Positions 40,462 to 50,549 of a stretch of DNA of 64,000 nt are shown piece after piece; positions within the stretch are counted from its first letter, which is position 1; every line of letters starts with the position of its first letter. Source of the DNA: Candidatus Poribacteria bacterium (GTDB lineage Bacteria > Poribacteria > WGA-4E > WGA-3G); assembly GCA_964291315.2 (NCBI GenBank), contig OZ219753.1, positions 1,760,001 to 1,824,000 of the forward strand, given 5' to 3'. The translations under genes and the position numbers were made by a program. Under the pieces are notes generated by a model. It had not been told where the DNA came from. It did not search any database and saw nothing but the letters and a program-made list of their open reading frames with translations.

Positions 40462-41961
40462 TTACCAATACGTATAGAGACACACTTCCGCAACGATCAT
40501 TTGTACTGTGAGCAGCCCAGCAACCCAATACAGATCAGATATCGGGCGCTCCACGAGATATTTAGCGACCGGAATAACAAGAAACGGGGCCATGAATATC
40601 CAAATGCGCTCAACCTCCATCGTAAATAACGTAGAGGTCGTGAAAAAGAGTAACGTTATGAGGAAACCGATGACAAATACATCTAACTTCTCATGCCAGA
40701 GAATCCAACGGATACCTGTCTCTCCAGATGCAATCGCGGTGCGGCGCCACTCGCCTATTGTCGCTACAACCTGCCGGAGCCAGACAGTCGTTATCGGAAG
40801 CCCCACACCGATGAGAAAAGCGAATAGGTTGGCAACACTCAGATGTAAATACCGTGACACACTTTCGTAGCCCGTGCCCATCCCCATCTCATCTTTTTTG
40901 ATGGCTGCCACAAGCGCTTCAATCGGACGAAATCCGGTCAAGACAAAAAGCAGCACGTAGAAGCCGATGAACCCCGCAGCCGCAAAGAGTAAAACCTTCA
41001 GATACTGTACAAACCGCTTTCGTTCCAACAAGGGAACAATACACAAAAACACGCCGACCACAACCGTTGAGTAGGTCATGAACATACCGAGCGCCAAGGA
41101 AAGTCCCGTACATAGGCTATAGGGACGAAATTCATGCCATGGCTGCTTCGACCAAGTCTCCCGCGCTCGCGACTCATAAAAGAGATAGAGGCTCAGAATG
41201 GGGAAAACGCTGAAGGGACCATCCATCGACGTGCCCGTGAACATCACAAAGTTTGGCGTGATTAAGAACAGCAGCAGGGCATAGCGAGCCGCTTTCTCAC
41301 CGTAGAGCCGTTCACCCAGACGATAGATCGGGATCACCGTCAGCGCCGTGAAGAAGATCGAAATTAAAGAGGCAGATACAAGGTTGTAACCAAGAATCTT
41401 GCTAAAGAACCATAAGAAAATCACGCCCCCCGGCGGATGCGTCCGCGTGTGTAACGAAAGCGTATCGAATAACTCCGGGCTGCTATAATCCCGTAAAAAC
41501 ACACGAATTCCGAGCTCGTCAATCCGCGGCACATCCCCGTAATACTCCAATGATGTCCGCGTATACGGCTCCAAAATTCCTAAGAAGCGGCTTCTACTGC
41601 CAACTTGTTGAATCTCACGGTACCCATCAATCAACGCAACGCTGATATGGATCGTGACAAAACAGACAAGTGCTATCCAGATTAATTGGCGCGCGGACGT
41701 GCCTGAAAGCAGGTACCTGTGGCAGAGATACAAGAAACCACCACACACTAGAAGCGCAGGCACTATCCACAAACTCAAGTTGAAACTCGGCTCAGCATAA
41801 AGCGGCACAACGTGTGTCTGAAATTTGACCGCACCCAAATTGAGTGCCGTCTCACGCATCACATAGATCATGAAGAAGTGGTATACTACAAAAAATAACC
41901 CAACCATTCCAATCTGAACAGGGATTGATCGAATAACCTTTGCACTGTGCTGCTGTTCCAT
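40462..41961 (-). CDS. GT-C (PMT/ArnT-like, GT39/83) membrane glycosyltransferase
   Basis: About 12 TM segments, THPPG, SMD, EVERIW. Confidence 0.7.
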   Translation of the reverse strand: MEQQHSAKVIRSIPVQIGMVGLFFVVYHFFMIYVMRETALNLGAVKFQTHVVPLYAEPSFNLSLWIVPALLVCGGFLYLCHRYLLSGTSARQLIWIALVCFVTIHISVALIDGYREIQQVGSRSRFLGILEPYTRTSLEYYGDVPRIDELGIRVFLRDYSSPELFDTLSLHTRTHPPGGVIFLWFFSKILGYNLVSASLISIFFTALTVIPIYRLGERLYGEKAARYALLLFLITPNFVMFTGTSMDGPFSVFPILSLYLFYESRARETWSKQPWHEFRPYSLCTGLSLALGMFMTYSTVVVGVFLCIVPLLERKRFVQYLKVLLFAAAGFIGFYVLLFVLTGFRPIEALVAAIKKDEMGMGTGYESVSRYLHLSVANLFAFLIGVGLPITTVWLRQVVATIGEWRRTAIASGETGIRWILWHEKLDVFVIGFLITLLFFTTSTLFTMEVERIWIFMAPFLVIPVAKYLVERPISDLYWVAGLLTVQMIVAEVCLYTYW

Positions 41962-41969
41962 TTTTTCCC

Positions 41970-43118
41970 CTAAGTGGCTGTATTCGCCTGAGCTGCCTCC
42001 AACTGCTGGGCCGCTTCTAATAACGCGCTCGCTAAAAACGCCGGATTCACTTCATCTCTGCCGCGAAAGGTACGCACCCGCTCCCCGCGAACCTTTAGGA
42101 CAGCGAGCTCTTTGCCACCGAGATGGATACCCACTTCAGCATTGCGGGTTTCACCCGGCCCGTTGACCTCACACCCCATGACAGCAACCGGGATTTTTAT
42201 TCCATGTTTCTCCAGAAGCTCCTCAGCCACAGAAACGATATTCTCATAGTCCGCAGCAGGATCACCCCGACCACAGAACGGGCAAGAGACAACGTCCAAC
42301 ATCGCCTCTGCCAGGCCAAGCGCACGCAAGAGCTCTTTCGCCGTCAAAACCTCTTCCACGGGATCCCCAGTAATTGAGATACGGACAGTATCTCCAATGC
42401 CCTCCTGCAGCAGCGTTCCGATGCCGAGGGTAGATTTGACATGCGCACGACGCGGCGTTCCCGCCTCTGTCACACCCAAATGTAAAGGATACGACACCTC
42501 CGCTGACAGCTGCCGATTCGCCGCTATCATCCGAAGCGGATCGCTCGACTTAACAGAAATAGCCAGATCCCTGAAGTCATGTTCTTCGCAGATGCTAACA
42601 TGCCGCAGCGCGCTCTCTACTAACGCCTCCGCCGTCGGAGACGGATACTTCTCTAATAAATCCCTTTCAAGAGACCCTTCGTTGACACCGATGCGAATAG
42701 GAATATCCGCCGCTTTTGCCGCCGACAATACCTCCGAGATCCGCACTTCACTACCGATGTTCCCCGGATTTATACGAACCTTTGCAACGCCCGCATCTAC
42801 CGCAGCAAGAGCATACCGATAATTGAAATGGATGTCCGAAACGATCGGAACCGGGGAACGCCGCACAATGCACGGCAGCGCCTTTGCATCTACCTCTTCA
42901 GGCACAGCAACGCGCACAATCTGCGCACCCGCCTCCACACAACGATCTATCTGCGCCAAAGTCGCATCTACATCGTGAGTCAACGTCGTCGTCATCGTCT
43001 GAATAGAAATGGGACTCCCACCACCAATGCCGACGTTCCCTACCCTAATCTTCCGTGTAGGACGTCTATTGTTGAACTGTATAAGTTGTTTCATATGTTC
43101 TCGACTCAGCAGCCGCAA
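41970..43118 (-). CDS. ispG: (E)-4-hydroxy-3-methylbut-2-enyl-diphosphate synthase
   Basis: IQTMT, DIHF, RINPGN, RIGVN.GSL, LHLGVTEAG, GIGDTVR, SCPFCGR, MGCEVNGPGE; start may be ATG 43094. Confidence 0.96.
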   Translation of the reverse strand: MRLLSREHMKQLIQFNNRRPTRKIRVGNVGIGGGSPISIQTMTTTLTHDVDATLAQIDRCVEAGAQIVRVAVPEEVDAKALPCIVRRSPVPIVSDIHFNYRYALAAVDAGVAKVRINPGNIGSEVRISEVLSAAKAADIPIRIGVNEGSLERDLLEKYPSPTAEALVESALRHVSICEEHDFRDLAISVKSSDPLRMIAANRQLSAEVSYPLHLGVTEAGTPRRAHVKSTLGIGTLLQEGIGDTVRISITGDPVEEVLTAKELLRALGLAEAMLDVVSCPFCGRGDPAADYENIVSVAEELLEKHGIKIPVAVMGCEVNGPGETRNAEVGIHLGGKELAVLKVRGERVRTFRGRDEVNPAFLASALLEAAQQLEAAQANTAT

Positions 43119-43163
43119 TGTTTGCTGCTCCTAAAAGCACACGACTGGCTGCCAACCAACCTC

Positions 43164-44246
43164 TCATAAATACCTCGCCAGAGCAGTGACAAATCTTCTA
43201 TTTTCTTCTGCCGTGCCGATGGTTACACGCACCGCATTCGGATACCCATACCCGCCCATAGCGCGCACGATAACCCCTCGTTGCAGCAAGGCATCTGTGA
43301 CATCTGTGCCTAACAACGATAAATGCAGCAGAATGAAATTGCCCTCGGTTTTTGTGTAACGCAGGCCCATATCGTCAAACGCGCCGTAGAGAAACGTTCT
43401 CCCTTCGCTGTTGCTCGCGCGACTCTGCGCAACGTGAGCCCTATCCTTGAGCGCCGCACGCGCTGCCGCCTGCCCGACCAAACTACAATTAAACGGCTGC
43501 CGAACCCGATTCAGAGCCTCAATTAACGATGGCGGAGCAATGCCGTAACCGACGCGAAGCCCAGCCAGTCCATAGATCTTGGAAAACGTCCGCGTAATGA
43601 TAACATTCCGACCCTCTAACACATACCGCAACGTCTGTGGATAGTCCGAGCGAAGTACATATTCATAATAGGCTTCATCAAAAACAACAAGTACATCCTC
43701 GGGGACCCGCGCCATAAACGCTGCTGTCTCATCCGCAGTGACTATTGTACCCGTCGGGTTGTTCGGATTTGCCACAAAGATAACCCGCGTCTTGTTAGTA
43801 ATCGCTGCCGCCATAGCAGAGAGATCGTGTGTGTCCTCCCGCATCGGCACAATCACCGCCTTCGCACCGCACAGCTTCGTTACGAGACTATAAACCACAA
43901 AGGCACCCGCTGCATAGATAACCTCATCCCCCAGCGATACATACGCCTCGGCGATCAACTGCAGCACGTCGTTTGAACCGTTTCCTAAAACTAGATGCTC
44001 CGCAGAGATACCTAGATGCTCCGCAAGATCGTTTTTAAGATAGTAACCGTTGCTATCCGGATAGAGATGCACCTGCTTTGCGCTCTCAGCAATCGCTTGG
44101 AGCGCCAACGGCGATGGCCCCAACGTGTTTTCGTTGGATGCCAGCTTAATAACATCGCTGACACCTAACTCACGCTGAACCTCTTCAATCGGTTTCCCAC
44201 CCTGATACGGCTGAATTGTCTCTATGCTGGGTTTCGGTTTGAGCAT
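43164..44246 (-). CDS. hisC: histidinol-phosphate aminotransferase
   Basis: YQGGKPI, KLASNEN, NPNNPTG, DEAY, RTFSKIYGLAGLRVGY. Confidence 0.93.
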   Translation of the reverse strand: MLKPKPSIETIQPYQGGKPIEEVQRELGVSDVIKLASNENTLGPSPLALQAIAESAKQVHLYPDSNGYYLKNDLAEHLGISAEHLVLGNGSNDVLQLIAEAYVSLGDEVIYAAGAFVVYSLVTKLCGAKAVIVPMREDTHDLSAMAAAITNKTRVIFVANPNNPTGTIVTADETAAFMARVPEDVLVVFDEAYYEYVLRSDYPQTLRYVLEGRNVIITRTFSKIYGLAGLRVGYGIAPPSLIEALNRVRQPFNCSLVGQAAARAALKDRAHVAQSRASNSEGRTFLYGAFDDMGLRYTKTEGNFILLHLSLLGTDVTDALLQRGVIVRAMGGYGYPNAVRVTIGTAEENRRFVTALARYL

Positions 44247-44366
44247 AAACGCTTCGACTCTCCCTTTTACGCACAAGAATACAACCTCTATTATAACACA
44301 ACCCTCTCTTTTTTGAAAAGTTTTTTCCGTGAGTTAACTATTACCGATACGCTCCTAGAAAAAACC

Positions 44367-44395
44367 TTGACATATCACAAGTTTTGTGGTATACT
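44367..44395 (+). promoter_or_regulatory. strong sigma70-type promoter upstream of DUF1156 gene
   Basis: TTGACA-17-TATACT with extended -10 TG. Confidence 0.65.
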
Positions 44396-44697
44396 ACATG
44401 CCGTATATTTGTGGCATAGCTTGCCAGTCCGTGCGAGGAGTGTTGTAGCATCACCTGTTAGGTTGTGCATTCGCAGCAGACCCCGCTAAAGTGGGCAAAT
44501 GTTACACTTTTCGCTAAATCTTGTTTTTCCGAACGCTCAAATTTAACACATCAGAACGCACGCGGGCCGTAGGATTACAACACATTCATTCCCAACGCCA
44601 ACGTTACAGTGGTGTAACATTTTAAGACCTAATTCACGCACTATTTCCGAGCCTGCCCCGTTAGTTCCCCGGGCATCCTTACAGAACATAAAGTTGT

Positions 44698-47484
44698 ATG
44701 ACGCACCGCAAAAAACTGATTGAAGTCAATATACCGCTCCAAGCTATCAATAGAGAGTCTGCTAAAATGATCTCTCATAGCCCTGGGCACCCTTCAATGT
44801 TACATAGCTATTGGGCGCGCCGCCCGCTTGCTGCCTGCCGCGCCATTGTCTTCGCCAGCTTCGTCGACGATCCCGCCGAATGTGAGGACGAATTTCCAAC
44901 CGAAGATGAACAAAATGCCGAACGCGACCGACTCTACGACATCATTAAACGGCTTATCATCTGGCAGAACAGCAACAATGAGAACCTTCTGGCAGAGGCA
45001 CGCTATGAGATCGCCCTCTCCGTTGCCCGCAACAACGGAGAAGACCTCACCGAGTTTCGTGAGCGGCACAAAGAGAACCCAGAGGCGGTTTTGCGGTATC
45101 TGCGCCAGCACGCCCCCGCTGTCTATGATCCCTTCTGTGGCGGCGGCTCGGTTCCGCTCGAGGCACAACGCTTAGGACTAAACGCACGAGGCTCCGACCT
45201 GAACCCGCTCCCCGTGTTGATTAACAAGGCGATGATTGAACTGCCACCGAAGTTCCACGATCAGCAACCGGTCAACCCGGAGGCGGATCCGATGCACATG
45301 TTCACAGACAGTAGCAAAATCAAGGCTCGCGCGCCTTGGAGAGGCACTGCGGGCTTGGCAGCGGACATCCGCTACTATGGTGCCTGGATGCGTGAGCAGG
45401 CATACAAGCGGATTGGGCATCTCTATCCGAAGGCAGAGTTGCCGGACGGTACTTCAGCCACTGTGGTTGCATGGCTCTGGGCGCGCACGGTGCTGTGTAT
45501 TAACCCTGCTTGCGGTCTGCAGATACCGTTGATGAAAACGTTCCAGTTGTCAAACAAAAAGGGACAGGAGCGCTACATTAAGCCGGTGGTTGACAGAGAG
45601 ACGAATACCATATCGTGGCAGGTGCAGACCGACGCTGACGGGTTGCCTGCCCCGACGGTGATGCGCACGGGTGCGTATTGTTGCGGTTGCGGTGCGGCTG
45701 CGAAGTTGCCCCACCTCCGGGAGCAGGGGAAAGCCGGCAAGATCGGAGAGACAATGACAGCGATAGTCGCTGAGGGGGACAGCAGAAAAGCTTTTCTGTC
45801 TCCGACTGCTGATCATATTCAGGTTGCCCAATCTGCTGAACCGAGTTGGAGGCCAAGAGGCACGCTGCCGGAAAGATCAAGAAGTATCAGCCCGCAACTT
45901 TACGGTTTCACCAACTGGCATCAGCTTTTCACGAAACGACAGCTGACTGCACTCAATACCTTCTTCGAGCTGTTGTCAGAGGTTCACAAACGCATCAGAG
46001 AAGACGGGGCAGAAAACCAGTATGCCGATGCTATTTCCACCTATCTCTCCCTCGCCATCGGCAGAACTGCGGAGATCCATTGTAGTTTTGTATGGCGGAC
46101 CGCACAGGGGCGGATACCGAAACTTTTTTCGCGGCATGCAATACCGATGATGTGGGGTTTCCCTGAAGCCAACCCGTTCTCTACATCAGCCCAGAATTGG
46201 ACGGCACAAGTAGATTGGGTTGCAAAGGTAGTAGAAAACCTGCCGGCCCCTGTGAACCCTGGAGAGACACATCAGGCAGATGTGTGCACCACACCGCACG
46301 CCCAAGATGCACCTGTTATCATCACCGATCCCCCCTACTACGATAATATCAGCTACGCAGACCTCTCCGACTTCTTCTACGTCTGGCTCAGACCCTTCCT
46401 GCGCAACACCTACCCAGAGCTGTTCGCCGGCATGACAACACCAAAGGCAGAGGAAATAACCGCCATTCCACGGTTTGAAAACCCCAAACAGCATTTTGAG
46501 GATCTACTGAGCGCATCGTTTCGGCAGATGCGCCGCTATTGTTCAGACGAATACCCAACGTCTATCTTCTACGCCTATAAGCAGCAGGAAAAAGAACAAG
46601 GCGGAAAAACCTCTACCGGATGGGAGACGATGCTGGAGGCAACTATCAACGCCGGCTTTCAGATCGTCGCTACCTGGCCCCTGCGCACAGAGAATACCAG
46701 AGGTTTAAAGACAGTGACGAACGCTTTGGCTTCCTCTATCTTGTTGGTGTGTAGACCGCGCCCCGAAGACGCACCCCGCAGCGACAGAAACGCCTTCATA
46801 CGCGCCCTCGAACACGAGATGCCTGTTGCTCTCGACCGGCTCACCCGCATCGCAAACATCAGACCCGTCGACTTGGCACAAGCCGCCATCGGCCCCGGCA
46901 TGGAGATCTACTCCCGCTATCGCAGCGTCACGCGCATGAGCGGCGAAGTCGTCTCCATACGAGAGGCACTGCTACACATCAACAACGCCATTACCGCTTA
47001 TCACGAGAAGGTGATGGGACAACTCGATCCAGAGACGCAGTTCTGCCTGACGTGGCTGCGGCAACACGGCTACTCGGCAGGCAGTTTCGGGGATGCCGAG
47101 GCACTTTCAAAAGCGAAGGGCGTTCATATCGAGGCGATGCACGACACGCTGCTGCTGTCGTCTCAGGGCAGCGTGCGTCTGTTGAGATCCGAGGAATACG
47201 CGGATCGCGAGGAGCACCGAGAGATGTCGTCGTGGGAGGGGTGTCTTCGGATGGCCTGGCATCTGTCTCACAGTGAGTTCAGCGGTGGTATTCAGGGGTG
47301 TGCGCGGGTTGCGCGCTTGATGCGTGATTATGATGGTGCGAGACGTTTGGCTCTGATTTTATACAGCCACTATGAGGAGCGAGATAATACGGAGGCTGCG
47401 TCGCAGTATAACTACCTCGTGACGGAATGGACGTATATCTATCGAGCGATGGGCTCTCCTGAGCAGATAGAGGCGGACATTTAA
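44698..47484 (+). CDS. DUF1156 adenine-specific DNA methyltransferase with Zn ribbon
   Basis: KKLIEV..PL, WARRPLAACRA, DPFCGGGSVPLEA (motif I), CxxxxC/CxxC ribbon, ITDPPYYDNI.YADLSDFFY (motif IV). Confidence 0.9.
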   Translation: MTHRKKLIEVNIPLQAINRESAKMISHSPGHPSMLHSYWARRPLAACRAIVFASFVDDPAECEDEFPTEDEQNAERDRLYDIIKRLIIWQNSNNENLLAEARYEIALSVARNNGEDLTEFRERHKENPEAVLRYLRQHAPAVYDPFCGGGSVPLEAQRLGLNARGSDLNPLPVLINKAMIELPPKFHDQQPVNPEADPMHMFTDSSKIKARAPWRGTAGLAADIRYYGAWMREQAYKRIGHLYPKAELPDGTSATVVAWLWARTVLCINPACGLQIPLMKTFQLSNKKGQERYIKPVVDRETNTISWQVQTDADGLPAPTVMRTGAYCCGCGAAAKLPHLREQGKAGKIGETMTAIVAEGDSRKAFLSPTADHIQVAQSAEPSWRPRGTLPERSRSISPQLYGFTNWHQLFTKRQLTALNTFFELLSEVHKRIREDGAENQYADAISTYLSLAIGRTAEIHCSFVWRTAQGRIPKLFSRHAIPMMWGFPEANPFSTSAQNWTAQVDWVAKVVENLPAPVNPGETHQADVCTTPHAQDAPVIITDPPYYDNISYADLSDFFYVWLRPFLRNTYPELFAGMTTPKAEEITAIPRFENPKQHFEDLLSASFRQMRRYCSDEYPTSIFYAYKQQEKEQGGKTSTGWETMLEATINAGFQIVATWPLRTENTRGLKTVTNALASSILLVCRPRPEDAPRSDRNAFIRALEHEMPVALDRLTRIANIRPVDLAQAAIGPGMEIYSRYRSVTRMSGEVVSIREALLHINNAITAYHEKVMGQLDPETQFCLTWLRQHGYSAGSFGDAEALSKAKGVHIEAMHDTLLLSSQGSVRLLRSEEYADREEHREMSSWEGCLRMAWHLSHSEFSGGIQGCARVARLMRDYDGARRLALILYSHYEERDNTEAASQYNYLVTEWTYIYRAMGSPEQIEADI

Positions 47485-47585
47485 TTCAGGTTTGCACCAG
47501 CTCAACACACCGCGCGTTTCCGCACGGAACAGGGTGGGTGGGAAGAACAAATAGAGGCGGACATGTAATTCAGGTTTGCACCAGC
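47467..47585 (+). repeat. 35-bp direct repeat duplicating the DUF1156 3' end
   Basis: atagaggcggacat(t/g)taattcaggtttgcaccagc at 47467-47501 and 47551-47585. Confidence 0.9.
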
Positions 47586-47700
47586 ACCTGTTAAGTTGCA
47601 CATTATCCCTTGACAAAAAACCGATATGCATTAAAATAGTGAGAAATTATATGTTTTTCACCACTCATGTACGCATGCACAGCATGTGAAAGGAAAACTC

Positions 47701-48327
47701 ATGCCACAAACACCACCAGAATCAGCAGTCATCCTTTTTGACGGCACAAACCTCAACAATTGGACAAGCTTAGACGGCAGCGCACCGCGCTGGAAAACCG
47801 AAGACGGAGCAATGCTCGTCATCCCACGCACCGGTGACGTAATATCCAAGCAGACCTTCACGGACCACTTCCTCCATATCGAATTCAGATGCCCCGACAT
47901 GCCAGACGCAACCGGACAGGCGAAGGGCAACAGCGGCGTGTTCCTCCAAGGCAGATATGAAGTTCAGGTTCTCGACTCCTACGGCATCCAAGTGCCCGGG
48001 AAGGGCGACTGCGGCGCCATTTACAATCAATTCGCACCCCTCGTTAACGCCTGTAGACCGCCCCTCGAATGGCAGACCTACGATGTCATTTTCCGCGCAC
48101 CGCGTTTCAACGATGCAGGCGAGATGACAGAAGCCCCACGTATCACCGTCATTCAGAACGGCCTAGTCATTATCAACAACGCCCAACTCGCCGGCACAAC
48201 AGGCGGAAGCATAGATTCAAAACTCGCCCACCCAGGACCCCTACGCCTGCAGGACCACGGCAACGACGTTAGATACCGGAATATCTGGGCAGTACCGCTG
48301 CCCCTCAAAGGCTCAGACCAGTATTAG
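47701..48327 (+). CDS. DUF1080 (3-keto-disaccharide hydrolase) family protein
   Basis: LFDG, GNSGVF, YEVQVLDS, WQTYD, LQDHG..VRYRNIW; TTGACA-16-TAAAAT at 47610-47637. Confidence 0.88.
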   Translation: MPQTPPESAVILFDGTNLNNWTSLDGSAPRWKTEDGAMLVIPRTGDVISKQTFTDHFLHIEFRCPDMPDATGQAKGNSGVFLQGRYEVQVLDSYGIQVPGKGDCGAIYNQFAPLVNACRPPLEWQTYDVIFRAPRFNDAGEMTEAPRITVIQNGLVIINNAQLAGTTGGSIDSKLAHPGPLRLQDHGNDVRYRNIWAVPLPLKGSDQY

Positions 48328-48419
48328 CTCTCATTTCAATACGGGGCAGCTGTTAAAACCCCTGCCTCGTTCAATTTCAGAAAATATAGAGGTTGCCGAC
48401 CAATAACAAGGAAAATTTT

Positions 48420-49373
48420 ATGGAAACCCATCAACCGCTACCTACAATGCCCAGACGACGATTGGGACGAACCGAATTAAGCATCCCAGTTATCCCGTTT
48501 GGCACACAAGGATTCGGAAACAACTTCGGCTTCGTCTCAGATGAAGACGCCGTCGCACTTGTCAAGCACGCCGTCTCTATCGGCATCAACCACTTCGATT
48601 GCGCCCGCTGTTACGGCGATTCAATGCGGAAACTCGGACTAGCACTAAAGCAGATTCCACGCGCGGACGTCATCATTACCGCAAGACTCTGCTGCCACTC
48701 CGCTGCGGAATGGGGCGGATACGGAGAAGGAAGACCCGACTACTCCGCCGAACGCGCCATCGCAGACCTCGAAGACCAGCTCCAACTGCTCGGCACCGAT
48801 TATCTCGACGCAATACTCATCCACGATCCCGGCGAGATCGACCCAACCCTCGAAAAGGGCGGAACGCTCGACGGACTGCTCAAATGTAAAGCTCGGGGAC
48901 TCGTGCACTTCCTCGGCTACGGAATGCGTCCACACGACTTCCACCTCAAAGCAATCGCCACCGGCGACGTTGACCTTATTTTGTGTTTCAACGACTACAA
49001 CCTCGTCCGACAAACCGCCGCCGATACTATCCTGCCCGCCGCCGCCGAAGCCGATATCGGGGTCATGAACGGCTGGTCTATCCTGAGGGGGATTCTCACA
49101 GGCGTGGATATCGATGCTGAAATCGCTAAAGGACGATGGCGCAACGACGGCGACATCCCGCAAGCCAGAGAAATTTGGAAATGGTGCCTCCAAGAAGACA
49201 TCAACCTGCTCCAACTCGCACTCCAATTCTGTCTCCGAGAAGGACGGATCCACGGAAACAACATCGGGAATCTCAACGTCGCACAACTTGAAGCCAACGC
49301 CCGCGCAGCCAGCACGCCCTTAACCGAAACAGTATGGGAGAAATACGAGGCACGATTCGGATCTCACAATTAA
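48420..49373 (+). CDS. aldo/keto reductase
   Basis: RRLGRT, GINHFDCARCYG, LGTDYLD..LIHDP. Confidence 0.85.
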   Translation: METHQPLPTMPRRRLGRTELSIPVIPFGTQGFGNNFGFVSDEDAVALVKHAVSIGINHFDCARCYGDSMRKLGLALKQIPRADVIITARLCCHSAAEWGGYGEGRPDYSAERAIADLEDQLQLLGTDYLDAILIHDPGEIDPTLEKGGTLDGLLKCKARGLVHFLGYGMRPHDFHLKAIATGDVDLILCFNDYNLVRQTAADTILPAAAEADIGVMNGWSILRGILTGVDIDAEIAKGRWRNDGDIPQAREIWKWCLQEDINLLQLALQFCLREGRIHGNNIGNLNVAQLEANARAASTPLTETVWEKYEARFGSHN

Positions 49374-49385
49374 TACCGGTGGCGG

Positions 49386-50468
49386 TCAGCATCTTAACTT
49401 ATGCAGAAACTTGTGCGTCGCACGCGGAAGGGGATAATCTGCTAATGCCGTAACCGGCACCCACTTCGCATCCCGCGGCCCATTCAGCACAACCTCACCC
49501 GATTGATAATCGCACACAAACACGTCCACAACTATCTTAAAATGTGTGTACGCGTGCCGCACACGGGTGAGGTATCTTATATCACTCACAGAAAGGTTAA
49601 CAACCTCGCGGATATGCCGAGCACAAGCCGTCTGACCCGTCTCACCTGCAGCGATCCTGCCACTCGGAAACTCCCAAAGGCCACCCAGCAGCCCCTCAAG
49701 CGGCCGTTGTGTGAGTAAAACCTCAGCACCCCTATAGATAACACCGACAGCGATCTGATGTTCCGGCACCGGTTTTGTCTCTCGTCTGCGCGGGTACTCG
49801 TCCTGACGCGCCGTGTGGAACGCCTCACAAAACGCATTGACTGGGCAAACAAGACACGTCGGCCCTTGCGGACGACACACTGTTGCCCCCAGCTCCATCA
49901 TCGCCTGATTGAAAAGCCCCGGCGTATCTAGCACCAGCAGTTCATCCGCTCGCTCCTGATACACTTTCGCTGATTTCGCATCATTAACCGGGGCATCCAT
50001 TAGGAACAGGCGGGCAAGCACCCGCTTGATATTCCCATCTACAGCGGCGTAAGGTTCATTAAAAGCGATGCTCTGCACCGCCGCCGCACTGTAGTCTCCC
50101 ACACCCGGCAACTTCCGAAAGGTCGCATATTCTCTCGGAACTTCACCATTCAGCTCATTCACGATCACCTGTGCAGCTTTGTGGAGGTTCCGCGCCCTGG
50201 CATAATACCCCAAACCTTCCCACACTTTCAACACAGCTTGCAGCGGGGCAGCCGCCAAGCGCTGCACATCCGGAAACCGGGCGATGAACCGCTCATAGTA
50301 GCCCACAACTGTCTTGACCTGCGTCTGTTGGAGCATCACCTCGGAAACCCAAATATGGTAAGGATCATCGGTGTTCCGCCACGGCATATCGCGCCGGTAG
50401 TCGCTGAACCACGCCAGCAGCGCTCTTTGGAACGCTTGCAAGTGTCCAGTTAACGGGTTTTTGCGCAT
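49386..50468 (-). CDS. mutY: A/G-specific adenine glycosylase
   Basis: WVSEVMLQQT, GLGYYARARNL, LPGVGDY, VDGN, CxxxxxxCxxCxxxxxC FeS, NUDIX-like tail. Confidence 0.95.
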   Translation of the reverse strand: MRKNPLTGHLQAFQRALLAWFSDYRRDMPWRNTDDPYHIWVSEVMLQQTQVKTVVGYYERFIARFPDVQRLAAAPLQAVLKVWEGLGYYARARNLHKAAQVIVNELNGEVPREYATFRKLPGVGDYSAAAVQSIAFNEPYAAVDGNIKRVLARLFLMDAPVNDAKSAKVYQERADELLVLDTPGLFNQAMMELGATVCRPQGPTCLVCPVNAFCEAFHTARQDEYPRRRETKPVPEHQIAVGVIYRGAEVLLTQRPLEGLLGGLWEFPSGRIAAGETGQTACARHIREVVNLSVSDIRYLTRVRHAYTHFKIVVDVFVCDYQSGEVVLNGPRDAKWVPVTALADYPLPRATHKFLHKLRC

Positions 50469-50549
50469 ATTAGCGGTGTGTTCGTTGTCCAAATACGTCC
50501 TCCGAATTACGGTCATTACCAGGCCCGTCGGGCATCTCACAAATCACAC

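Noticed and set aside
47467-47585. 35-bp repeat with 49-bp spacer as CRISPR
   Set aside because: Two copies only, and the first overlaps the coding end of the methyltransferase.
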